Assembly (NCBI GenBank): GCA_964019335.1
Contig: OZ025726.1
Coordinates: 1 to 64,000 of the forward strand
From: Diplonema japonicum
Taxonomy: Eukaryota; Protista; Euglenozoa: Diplonemea
Length of the DNA stretch: 64,000 nt
Direction: 5' to 3'
Within the stretch, counting starts at the first letter, position 1; each line of letters starts with the position of its first letter. Under the pieces are notes generated by a model. It was not told the origin of the DNA, ran no database searches, and saw nothing but the letters and a program-made list of their open reading frames with translations. Below are positions 53,486 through 64,000 of this stretch, piece by piece. A program made the translations under genes and the position numbers.

Positions 53486-54919
53486 TTACACTGCGCTCCC
53501 TCCACCACCACCACCACCACCACCCCTGTTGTACGGATTCCCTTGGGGCGGATAAGCACCGCCTTGAGGAGGGTACTGCCCTTGAGGGGGGTACTGACCT
53601 TGAGGAGGGTACTGCCCCTGGGGAGGGTACCCACCACCACCAGCTTGTTGAGGGTAAGGGGCCTTGTAGTTCTGAGGGTTATGCGGAGCATGGTGGGGCT
53701 GCTGGTAGCCTTGCGGCTGCCCGTACATAGGCGCCTGCTGCACAGGCTGCACTGCAGCTTTTTGGATGGGCCCGAACAAACTGAAAGCCGTACTCAAGTC
53801 GATTGGTTTTGACGACGAAAGCTGCGGGACCTGACTGTAGCCCTTCCGCTTCAGCTCTACTCTCATTTGTTCCAGCAAGTCTACGAATCGCATGCCCCCG
53901 TGGCTCTTCAGCAGCACAGATGCAATTGCGTTCGTGCAGGCACCTCCCGCACCCCCCGGCCCCGACCCTGGCGGCAGTCCAAACGACTGCACGTTCGAGA
54001 CATCTGCAGAGGTCTGACTGTCGCTGCACCCTGACAACATCACCACATCTGCCTGGCACTGCTTGTTCCCATCCTTTGTGAAACCAGCAGGTCCGCCGCC
54101 GCCGCCACCTCCGAAGAACCCCTGCAGAAGTTCCATCCCGAGCTTCATCGCCTTCTTCTTGTTCGTCAAAGCCATGGCGAGCTGCGCGGGGTTTGCCATC
54201 GCCTTCGCCATCGCATTCTCGTTGGCCTTGAACAAGTAAGGAAGGTCCATGGCCGTCCCGCTGTGGCAGCAGTCCATCACGGCGGTCATTCTGACGCCGG
54301 CGGGCAAGGGTGCCACAAGCATCGAGAAGATCACATCGTCAGTAATCTGGCCCGCCCTCTGAAAGTCAACAGGGATGATGGTCTCATCGTAGCCGTCGGC
54401 CTCGTCGCCGTTGGTGTCCTTTTGCTGCCCGCCGTGTCCCGAGTAGTGGAAGAACAGCGTGTCGCCAGGTCTGTTATTGCTGGCCAGCCACCTGAAGGCG
54501 TTCAGGATTTCATTTTTGGTAGGGTACTTGGATTTGGGGAAGGACTTGTCGTCCACCAGCACCACTTCTTGGTAGCTTCCCGACGCCAGCCCTTGTTTTC
54601 TAATGAGGTTCTGCATCGTCTTCACGTCGTTGACGCACCCACTGAGCTGCCCTCTCTGTCCGTAGTAGTTGATCCCGATCAACAAGGCTTTTACATTGCC
54701 TCTACCGGGACCTGCCGCGGGCTGCGGCGCGTACTGCGGCTGCTGGTGAGCATATTGTTGCGGAGGTGGTGATCCATACCCACCTTGCTGGCCGGAAGGG
54801 GGCGGTGCGTGGTACCCGCCTTGCTGCTGCTGGGGTTTTGGCTTCGGTTTGCCAACGTGCCCATCGCCGTCCAGGTCGACGCCCAAGGCGGATTCAGCTT
54901 TCTGAAGGAGTTTCTTCAT
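53486..54919 (-). CDS. MCA: Type I metacaspase with Pro/Gln/Tyr-rich termini
   Basis: ALLIGINY, LSGCVND, HYSGHG, DCCHSG and SGCSDSQTSAD motifs; C-terminal YPPQGQ repeats. Confidence 0.96.
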   Translation of the reverse strand: MKKLLQKAESALGVDLDGDGHVGKPKPKPQQQQGGYHAPPPSGQQGGYGSPPPQQYAHQQPQYAPQPAAGPGRGNVKALLIGINYYGQRGQLSGCVNDVKTMQNLIRKQGLASGSYQEVVLVDDKSFPKSKYPTKNEILNAFRWLASNNRPGDTLFFHYSGHGGQQKDTNGDEADGYDETIIPVDFQRAGQITDDVIFSMLVAPLPAGVRMTAVMDCCHSGTAMDLPYLFKANENAMAKAMANPAQLAMALTNKKKAMKLGMELLQGFFGGGGGGGPAGFTKDGNKQCQADVVMLSGCSDSQTSADVSNVQSFGLPPGSGPGGAGGACTNAIASVLLKSHGGMRFVDLLEQMRVELKRKGYSQVPQLSSSKPIDLSTAFSLFGPIQKAAVQPVQQAPMYGQPQGYQQPHHAPHNPQNYKAPYPQQAGGGGYPPQGQYPPQGQYPPQGQYPPQGGAYPPQGNPYNRGGGGGGGGGSAV

Positions 54920-55001
54920 TTCTATCTGGAGGGTGTAGCTGGGGGTGAATCGATAATGAATAAAACACTAAAACTGTGATTGGGTAACGCGCGCACTACA
55001 C

Positions 55002-57844
55002 TTAGTCTTCTGATGACGAGTCGTCGGAGCCGGTGCCGTCGTCGTCGTCGTCATCGTGGTGAGACTCCTCCTCGCCTTCTGATTCCTCCTGTTCTGGGAC
55101 CAGCGTGGCAATGTCGAGCACCTTGTCGTCCAGTCTCGTGAACAGGTTTTCATGTACTTGTGTCCCGCCCACACTTGTGGCAGTGAGGCGTGCCATGATC
55201 TCTTGCTGCATAGGGTCGCTGTCTGCATACAGTATCGACCCACCCTGTGAAAGGTGTCTGGTGAGAGTCCGATGCATACCTTGTGTGGCAAGTGTCGCCT
55301 GCCCCTAACGTCACCCCAACTGAGGAACGTGTTGATGGCAACAGCCGGTGCCTGTGGTGGTGGGTGTCGGTTGGGCTGCATACCTTTGTGAACACTTCCT
55401 CGAAGATCTCGTCGATGAACGGCATCATGAACGGCAAATACCTTCGCCCAATGGCATTCAGGTGGCCCAATGCTGACCTGCACCACACGAAGTTCTTTGC
55501 TGCATGCCTTCGGATTTCCGTCTCGTCGCCTCTCTGGTACAGCGAGCCAGACACCTTGCGGTCTCGGCGGTAGTAAGCTGTGTTGAATTGTGGAACAGAA
55601 CATTTGTTTTTCGAACACACATTTTATCTTCTTCGTGAGACCCTCGAAGAGTGTCTTGAAGCCCGCCCGCAGCTCGTAAAGGTAGCTCTGATGAAGCATC
55701 GTCTCCAGTTTCACAATTTTCTTCTCGACTTGCCGCTTCGCTTTCGCCTTGACATTCTGCGGCTGGTCCATTCCGTCCAGCACCTGGCTGGCACCTTCCA
55801 AGTCAATTAGGTCCTCGTAGCTGCGATACACCTTCTCCACCAAAGTGTCAATAGCCATATAAATCACCTATTAGTTGTTGTGCAGTAGCACAAAGCTTTC
55901 CATACCTCCCAGATGAAGGATCTCTCGTACATTTCGGAGATCTCAAGAGAGAAGCTCCACTTGACGACGTCCAAGAAGGACACTATGTCGAGCTGCAGCA
56001 GGTTCGCTATCGTCATCACGATGTGGTGGGGGTGGCTCTCCCAGAACTGTGCCGCAGCGGAGATGACATTACAGTTGTAGTGGATGACCTGCTTGATGAC
56101 CTGCGCGTACTTGTGGAAGATGATCTTCTCGTGGGCCACTGAATCCGATCCAATGAACAGAAGGCAGTTCACAATGGCATCTGCCTTTTCCTTCTCGGTG
56201 GCGTCCTTCCCGTTCTCGTTCATCGAATTCAGCATCTCCACTACCTCCTCTACGCTGCAGTTGTCTCCTGCCAGCCTCCCCAGCAGCTTGTCGGCATCTT
56301 TCTTGAACTCTACGTCCTTTGCGTATTTGTATCTAGTCACTTGTTCCTCTTTCAGCAGGCCTGCCTTGTCAAAGCTTGGGGGGACTGCCTCGGAAAGCAT
56401 TGCCTATTTTGGGTGGATGACTTGTGGCATAACATACCTTCGAAGCGCTCCTCGTCAATTGGTGCACCAGCTCCATGTTGAACAGCTTCTTGCACGTCCC
56501 AGTACGGTGGTCCGCATCCTTCTCTTGTTGTTCCCACAACCACTTGTAGCCGAATGACGACAAATGCCCGGCAAACATAGTCATCAACCTGATCGACAGC
56601 TCGGGGTCAAGCGTGGGCAGCAGCTCGTTGAGCGTATCGAAGGCCTCCACGGTCGGGAGGAGGAAAGGAGAGGTGTTGTCCTGGCAGAGGCGGGTGAGGA
56701 ATGTGGTGTAGAAAACCAGCGGCAGAGGAGGGTGCGGGAGGGTAAAGGCAGAGTTGAAGACCGACTCAATAACCATGTATGGGAAGGCTTTGATACACAG
56801 AAGGTGCGACAGGGTAGTTTGAAGGAGCTCCACATCGCTGTGGAAGCAGCGAATAGTGGCAACCGTCAGTTCACGAGCCACAACACGCATGGCAAGCGGC
56901 ATGGCATCGCGTTCATCAAATGCTAAAACATCAGCCGGGTTGAAGGTCGTGTCAGCCTCCGAGGCGGGCTTCATGGGTATCCGCACAGGCTTCCCGTCCG
57001 TCCAGCTGTGGTACAGGTTCAGAGACACAGGGATATCTGCGTAGATGACCCTCTCATGGTGCTCTGGGAAGAGAGGGAGTGAGATGTCGCCGCAGCTCCA
57101 GGTGAGCTCCTTGTCGGACCACTTGATTTCCTCAAACAACTCGGGAATATCCATCTCCTCGCCGCACAGCTCTCGGTGCAGCGTCTCCAGCATGTCGGGA
57201 CCAGTCTCGACCACGGTCTTCTGGTCTTGGATGAAGCTGAACTGCTGCACGTGGACGGGCCTGAAGGGGAGAAGCGTTTGGGACTTGACACGCTGCTTGA
57301 AGTACTCAGCCAGCTCAGACTCAAGCTCCTTGAAGGCATCAGCGCCGTACCATGGGAGGGTCGACAGCAGCAGGTAGACCATGGAGCTGGCGCGTGCGGG
57401 GATGACAGCAGACCGTGCCTGGTTGAGGATGGCGAGGAGGGACTCGGTGGGCAGCGCAGTCGTGCCGTACCTGCTGAGGAGCCCGATGAAGCGGTAAATT
57501 GCTGCAACGGCGTGCCACTCGTGTGATGCCGTAGCGGCCTGCAGCCTTTCTTTGATCTTCTGCATGATCCCGCTTGCCACGTCCTCGTCCACCTTGCCCA
57601 TTACTCGTAGGAAGGTTGCATATCCCCTGCACCCCCCAGGCACCCCAATCACACACTTTACAAAACTGTTCTTACCAAGTTCGACATCCTCTTTGCTCGC
57701 CATGCTCATCACGTCAACTGCCGACTCAACCTTCTGCTTTATCTTTTCCACATCGTTGCACCTCACCATCCCAATGTCCGCAATGGCCCTGTGCACATCC
57801 TTCCTCAAGGGCTCTTCCGCTCGTGTACGCTTCCTGAGCACCAT
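55002..57844 (-). CDS. CBP80: Nuclear cap-binding protein subunit 1 (CBP80)-like, multi-exon
   Basis: N-terminal basic NLS (RKRTR); YMVIESVF..LPHPP..FYTTFLTRLC, FAGHLSSFGYKWLW and FWESHPHHIVM..VVKW match NCBP1 MIF4G-like blocks. Confidence 0.8.
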
Positions 57845-58177
57845 CTTGGTCTTGTCCTGAATGGGGATACAACACTCTTGCAGAACAAATACACCAACAA
57901 CAGGGCAAGGGCTTATACAGTACCGTAGAAGGAAATAGTTCCCAAGTTCATAAAATAAAAAGTTAGCAGGGGCGAACTGTTGCCCCTGCTTGGAAGAGAG
58001 AAAAAGAAACAAAGAGTCTATTTCATTGGATTGAAGGATTGCTTCCCAAGTAATCGAAGCTTCTAAGGCCTAACCAGATGGGCCAGACATGTGCAAGGGA
58101 TCTAAGAATTCTAAACAAACATGCGTCACTCTTAGTGTGGTTACATGTATCTGTCACTCGACAGGTCTGCCACTATA

Positions 58178-60492
58178 TTACGGTAGCTCGCCTGTGAATG
58201 TGGTATGAACTGTTATAATCGGGCATACCTGTTGGCTTCTCAACTCTCTCTCAAATTGAGCTTTCAGCTGCTGCGCGAGGTCATCGCCCCCCTGTGTGAG
58301 ATAAATGCTGTGTGTTAAAATGCATACATCAGTGCTAGGTGTAGCGGGTGCCTGCCTCGGCATGTAAGGTGCCGCCATGGGCCTGTTGGTGAGGTTGCTC
58401 AACGGGGATGCCTCTCCTCTAAGCGTCTTGTCTTCCATGCTGGACACGAGTCTGTCCAGTTGCTCAGACCTCCTTTCCATCTCTGCGGCCTGCTGCATCT
58501 CTAAGATGTGGTCCCTCTCCCTCTCCCTCTCGAGATCCAGTTGCCGCTCATCAGACATCACAGAAGGCATGTATCTCTCGATGGGTGGGTCGATAGGTGG
58601 TGGGCTGGTTCTGGGGTCCTGGCTGATCATTCTCTGCTGCGAAGGTTGCTCGTCTAAGAGGGACGGGTGCCTGGCGGGGTCGGTGATAAAGGACAATTCA
58701 CGTCTACTGACCTTCTCTTTCTCCAAGCCGTCAATCTGCTGGTCCACTGAGATGAGCCTGTCGACTAGCTTGTTGAGGACACTGTTCGTGTTCGACAGTG
58801 TTTTTAGCCCAACATCGATCTGCGTTCCGAGGTTGTCGGTCTTCCTCACCACCTCTCCGATCCTGTTGTCTTGCTCGTCCTTGTCGCGTTGCTCCCTCCT
58901 TTGCACCCGGTACCTCGATAGTAGCATGAAGAAGTCTCTTCTAAGTACTTGAGCATTCTTCGTTGCCAATGCCCTCGAGATTGCAGTTCTCTCCAACATC
59001 CGTCTCGATGCAGCCACGCCATCTGCCATTTCTGTTATGTACCTTCGCAACACCAGTTTGTCAGACTTAGCTTCAAGCTCCACGGCCATGCTGTACCTTT
59101 TCCTCTGATACTTCCTCCACATCAGGAATACGGAAAGCTTGTCAAAGTAGCGCTTCGAAATAGTGTCCAGACACATCTTTCCTAAGGAATGGCACAGTTC
59201 AGCCTTCTTGTTGAACTGCACCCTGATGTTCCTTTTCCCTGCGAGCTTGTTGAAGTACCTTTTCATCAGCGATTGCACGGAGATCTCCTCCAGCATGTTC
59301 GCTTTTTGCACATTCTTCTTCATGTGTTCTTCCGATTCCTGAGCAATCATCACGAGGTACCTTTTCAGCTTGCCCCAGCAATGAGCAAGCGTGCTGATGG
59401 ATCGTGTGTAATTGAGCCTTCTGATCGCCTTGCAGTACCTGTCAGCCTTGAGGTGCTGTTTTCTTGCCCAATCAACGAATTTGTTCAGTTTCTCGAAGTA
59501 CCTCCTCAGGGGCTGTCTCCTAGTGTCTGTGAGTGCTAGCATGACCATTGCCTCCTTGCCCTCTTTGGCTTGTCTCACATCGGTGCCCATCCTTAGCCAC
59601 GTCATCCACTTGTTGAAGAACCTTCTGCAGACACCCTTTAGGTTCAGCTCCGCCAGCATCCACCCAGTGACCTTCAACCTTCCGTACTTTCCTCTTCTCG
59701 TAATGGAGCACAGCTTGTTGTGTTGCCCTGCCAGCTCGTCTACAGTCTGCCTCAAGGTCTTCTTTTCAGCGTTGTTAATCAACGCAAGCTGAGCAAGGTC
59801 GTCCTGTATCGCTGTGGCATGGTCCTGCTGCGTGCCCATCTCCTGCAGTTGCATCCCCAGATCGCCTTCGATCTTCGAGAGTCTGTCGGCCATGTTCTGC
59901 AAGTGTGTATATTGTAAAAATTTGTGCTGTCGCATACGTGATTGAGAACCTCTTGTCCTTCCACGAACCTGTCCTGGTGCTTTACCTGCATGTCTTTGAG
60001 CTCTGCGATGTCTTTCACGTTCTTCATGGCCACCTCATTGAGCTTTTCTAGCGCCTGGTGTTGCTGGCTTAGTGTGTCGAACATTCTCCTGAGGAAGTCG
60101 GTCAGAGTGCTCTGTCGAAGTTCCCGCTCAACATTCTCCCACAACGGGGCAGTGGTGCCTCTGATCCCTGAGGTTGTGCGTCGCAGGCCCGCCTGGGCTG
60201 TCGGAAGCTTCCCCATGGTCATCCTGTTCAGGTCCTCGAATGATGCTGCAGCGCCATCAAGCAGCGACTGCGGTGTAGGCGCACGGTCTAGAGGTGAATC
60301 CATCTGTGGCACATTGGGAAGCATCTGACTGGGTTGCGTGGGTGGAATAGGGGGAGTGGGGAACTGCGCTTGCGTGGGTGCCTGAGGCTGCGCCGGGGGA
60401 GGTGCAAGGACACCCTGTGCCTGTGGCTGCGGTGGCTGTGGAAGACCCGCTTCGAGCGGTGGCTCCATCGTGTCCACAAACTCTCCCTCCAT
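58178..60492 (-). CDS. Coiled-coil protein with Sfi1-like (RRYFxKL/W) repeats, spliced; 3' end uncertain
   Basis: ORFs 59779..60492 and 58178..59935 are joined by a short intron; periodic RRFFNKW, RRYFEKL, KRYFNKL and KRYFDKL motifs. Confidence 0.65.
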
Positions 60493-60589
60493 GTAAACCT
60501 ACCTATAATGGGGATGTGATGTTATTCATATAAAAAGGGAGTAAAAACGAAACATATACAACAGCAATACACTGTACAAAAGACTACTA

Positions 60590-63500
60590 CTACCTACCAC
60601 GCTGCATACCCTCTCTGGCTTCGAGGATCGCCTCTTCTAAATCATTGAAGGCAGCACGGTCGAACGTGTGCGACTTGTAGGAGGAAATTTGAGACACAGC
60701 CTGGGTTTGGAGCAGGTTTCGAAGGGAGGTGACTTCATGAGCGAGCTGCTCAGTGAGGTGCAAGGCGGTTTGCTCTGATTTTGTAAGCTGAGATTGGGTG
60801 ATAGCGGCATCAGGGGTGTTGGGAACCAAGGGTTTGACGGTAGAAATGATCCTCATGAGGAGGTTGGTCTGGTGCTCGTCGACCTTCTTCTTCCGCTCAT
60901 TGTAAACGTTCTCCCGCCGCCAGAAGCCGCTTTCCCACCCCACCATCTCAGCTCTGTTGAAAGTCTCTTCCTCTTCTACGGGTTGCCTTGCCTGCCGCTC
61001 GATGTCCTCCACTTTCATGCCGGAAATCTTTAATCGCAACGCTTCCACCACCATCCGCTCTTCATGCAACTCTTGCTTTGTGCGTTCCCATTTCTTCAGT
61101 ATTACGTGCATACTCCACTTGCGCATGTAAATACCCAACACACCAGCAGTGCTTTTCGTTTTCACAGTGATCATGATGTTCGCCCTTCTCTTCTGCAACC
61201 TTCTGAACCCAACCATCTTGTGGTAGTACTTGTATCGCAGCCACTCGGTTTTGGCTTTCCCCAGTTGCCTTGCTTGAGACTGCTTCCGCAATGCAATTAT
61301 CTTCGCGCCCTTCTGGCGTTCCGAGTACAGCCTCAGTTTCCACCAAAAGTCCCCGACAACCAGCTTGAAGCTGCGATCGATGTAAGATCTTTGCAAATGC
61401 TTCAAATTATTCGTAATGTGTTCCTTAACGCTGTCCATCTCTGCTGTTGTTGTTTCGAACTTTTGTTGCTCCTCGCGGATCTTGAGGACCAACTCGGTCT
61501 CCTGCTCTTTAAACTTGATCGAGGTCTGAGAATACAGGGATGTGACGTGCAGGCCCATGTGCAGGGCATCTCGCCAGACTTCAGCAACACAATCAGCCAC
61601 GGTGGTGTACTGCATGCTGATTTCTGCTCTGGCTTCCGCCTCCGCAGTGATTACATCCAAAGACTCTGAGGAATTCTGTATCAGGAGGTACTTAGCTTCT
61701 GCTTCCTGTTGCTCCTCTCCACGTAGTGTTTCTAAATCCTGCAGCCTGCTGTGCAACCTTTCAGGAGGGGCATGGTGACTCACCTCCACTTCGTCGATCA
61801 ACCTCCTCAACCTATCACTAAAGCCACCCGTGTTGGGCGTCTCAGCTGATTCATGTTCTTCATAGCCAGGGTACGCTGCCGAAGCTGCTGTTCTTCTTAC
61901 CACTGAATAGAGCTTCTCACTTGCCATTCGCGCTTCTCTCCGCACCTTAGTCAGGAATGTCTCAGCACTGCTGTCAGCATCCATACACTCAAGGACAACT
62001 TTGCATGACCAGACATGTGATGAGAGGATCTCAATGCTCTTCACACGGTACTGCACGTAAGGGGAGAGTAGGTACTCCGAAGCCTCATAGCAGTGCAAAG
62101 AGCGCAAGTCCAGCACGCACCGATGTTTCAAAATATGGAACAGAACACCACGCATACCCGAAGGAATGGCAGCAACGGCTCCCTGCTCAGAAGCATGACC
62201 CTTTGCCACTGTCCCCCATGCTATCACATCACCCTCTTTGAAAGCCATTTTCATGTTGCCTTCGACACACACCCCTCGGTACAACGCATCAACCTCTGTA
62301 GTGCAACACGCTGCGACTGTTGAATGCCACTTCGGCCATACTGAAGGGCACGCAAGTAAGGAACCGTTCCGGAGTGATCCATCCTTGCACTCCCACAGGA
62401 GGTCGGAGTGCTCGGCAGTGTAGGCTGCCGTATCGTACCCCACTGTGTCCCACCTTACGAAGGCGTCGATATCCACAGGTTGGCACGTGGCCAACATTGC
62501 TGCAAGCAGTTCTGTCATTGACAGTCTGGGATGCATGCACACAACTGCTGAGTTGATACTTAAGGCGTAAGCCACATGAGAGAGTCTCTCTAGTATTTCA
62601 TGTGCCTCCGGGCAGCGTATGTTCTGCGAAAGCTCATCAATCACATCCCCCGTGGTACTTAAAAATACACTAGACATGGCAGTTAGGGCTTCTTCATGTT
62701 GCTGGGGTGTCAGTATATCAGAGAGGATGCCGGGTGACTCAGCGTTGTGCACCTGTACGCGCTTCTGTAGTTCATTTGCAGCGCCTACCACGGCAGGGAT
62801 CCGAGAAGATGCGAGCCGTGCAAAGGCAATCTGTTCCTGTGTCTGGGAAAGTTGCTCGGGGTCCAGACCTTCCGTATCCTCGGCAAGAAGATGGTCAACA
62901 CCGTTTGCTGTATGGACAGGAGGTAGTCGTTCAGATCGCGGTACCGAGTGCACTGAATGCAGAGACTGTAGCTGTTCAGAGTGTGTGGAAGAATCCCTAT
63001 AACTGCGTGTGAGGCCTGTGGTGTCGTTGGGCGACAGAGATGGGATGGACTCCTGCTGGCACATGCTGGAAATGGTGTCCGGTATGGTGGCTGTCCTGGC
63101 AAGTGGTGAGAACGCTTGCTTTCCCCCGAACAACATGTCGATGAGTGCAGTTTCGCTTATGTTGCTTGTAAAGCTGGAACCTCTTGGCATGAGGGGGCGG
63201 TTGAGAGACGCCGACACAGTAGCCTCCATACCCTGTACAAGGGTGATGGTCTTCTTCCATGTCTGTCCATTGCAGGCAGAAGGGTTGAAGCTCATGGTCC
63301 CAGCTCCTAGAACACGTCCGTCTTGTAGGATGAAACTTAGCATGACCTGCACAGTTTGTGCCTCGTCATCTACGTGCAAAATAAAAGGTTTATGCATCTT
63401 GCCGCTCACCAGCCCGCGCCCTCCTGCTGCGATATTAGCTGACATTCTTACGTTGCTGCTACTTTCCATGCCGCTCAACCTCTCCATCATCACCCTCAGA

Positions 63501-63613
63501 ACAGACCCCTTGTCTTCTACACTCCCAACCTCTGATCCCCGCCCATCCATCCCGTTCAAGCGCCGCACCAGCTCCTCCTCCGCGATGCTGCTCTCGCTTA
63601 CCATGCTTGTCAT
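60590..63613 (-). CDS. Large protein with degenerate mono-ADP-ribosyltransferase-like domain and C-terminal coiled coil
   Basis: 1007-aa ORF; LYRGV..FKEGDVIAW..GVLFHI..LDLRSLHCYEASEYLLSPYVQYRV. Confidence 0.65.
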   Translation of the reverse strand: MTSMVSESSIAEEELVRRLNGMDGRGSEVGSVEDKGSVLRVMMERLSGMESSSNVRMSANIAAGGRGLVSGKMHKPFILHVDDEAQTVQVMLSFILQDGRVLGAGTMSFNPSACNGQTWKKTITLVQGMEATVSASLNRPLMPRGSSFTSNISETALIDMLFGGKQAFSPLARTATIPDTISSMCQQESIPSLSPNDTTGLTRSYRDSSTHSEQLQSLHSVHSVPRSERLPPVHTANGVDHLLAEDTEGLDPEQLSQTQEQIAFARLASSRIPAVVGAANELQKRVQVHNAESPGILSDILTPQQHEEALTAMSSVFLSTTGDVIDELSQNIRCPEAHEILERLSHVAYALSINSAVVCMHPRLSMTELLAAMLATCQPVDIDAFVRWDTVGYDTAAYTAEHSDLLWECKDGSLRNGSLLACPSVWPKWHSTVAACCTTEVDALYRGVCVEGNMKMAFKEGDVIAWGTVAKGHASEQGAVAAIPSGMRGVLFHILKHRCVLDLRSLHCYEASEYLLSPYVQYRVKSIEILSSHVWSCKVVLECMDADSSAETFLTKVRREARMASEKLYSVVRRTAASAAYPGYEEHESAETPNTGGFSDRLRRLIDEVEVSHHAPPERLHSRLQDLETLRGEEQQEAEAKYLLIQNSSESLDVITAEAEARAEISMQYTTVADCVAEVWRDALHMGLHVTSLYSQTSIKFKEQETELVLKIREEQQKFETTTAEMDSVKEHITNNLKHLQRSYIDRSFKLVVGDFWWKLRLYSERQKGAKIIALRKQSQARQLGKAKTEWLRYKYYHKMVGFRRLQKRRANIMITVKTKSTAGVLGIYMRKWSMHVILKKWERTKQELHEERMVVEALRLKISGMKVEDIERQARQPVEEEETFNRAEMVGWESGFWRRENVYNERKKKVDEHQTNLLMRIISTVKPLVPNTPDAAITQSQLTKSEQTALHLTEQLAHEVTSLRNLLQTQAVSQISSYKSHTFDRAAFNDLEEAILEAREGMQRGR

Positions 63614-64000
63614 TGCTTGCTAACAACCCTTTCACATATATTATTTGCTCTATTCCTAAATGGTAAAATGCGTATTTGCAGCAATACGAAGCTAAAGGGC
63701 AATAAATCTACAAGGGGGGGGGGGGGGGGGTATTAACGAAGATACTTCTTCTTCGAATATATTCTTTTAAAAAAGTGTTTCTATGTCGGCTAGTTATATG
63801 GTAGTAGGTGGTTCCGCGACACGACACGTGTTCCTGGTAGGGGAGCCCGTGGGGAGGGTGGCTGGATCGTGATGGCAGGCGTGTGGGGGGGTCGGCAAAC
63901 AAGCTTTGGGACGGTAGGGGAAGAGAGAGTGATCATTGCCGGTGGTAGAGATGTCACATATCTGGGACGTGAAACACGTGTTTTAGTACTAGCAAAACGA

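Overview
Eukaryotic nuclear DNA, most likely a diplonemid (Euglenozoa). A 39-nt diplonemid-type spliced-leader (SL) exon is present, every credible gene lies on the minus strand as in a polycistronic cluster, and many genes are split by very short (about 30-50 nt) GT-AG introns. The first ~9 kb is a GC-rich CRE/SLACS-clade non-LTR retrotransposon that the ORF track misses because its minus-strand frame runs off the window edge. After one 1-nt frameshift near 8190 it reads as a single polyprotein of more than 2,900 aa: AlkB-type 2OG-Fe(II) dioxygenase, Ser/Pro repeats, zinc fingers, OTU cysteine protease, zinc finger, reverse transcriptase, CCHC plus restriction-like endonuclease, and a long acidic tail. 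A complete SL exon sits at its 5' end, preceded by an orphan ORF bracketed by ~212-bp direct repeats. The remainder holds about 22 host genes, including a kinase, HEN1, an MMPL/RND transporter, a CLC channel, phosphoserine phosphatase, CK1, PP2C, QCR7, metacaspase and CBP80. Three host genes show unusual domain fusions: PARP-like plus Ran-like GTPase, 4xRRM-SURP-BMT5/DUF2431-RD, and ART-like plus Sfi1-like repeats. All domain calls come from motif recognition by eye, not database searches.
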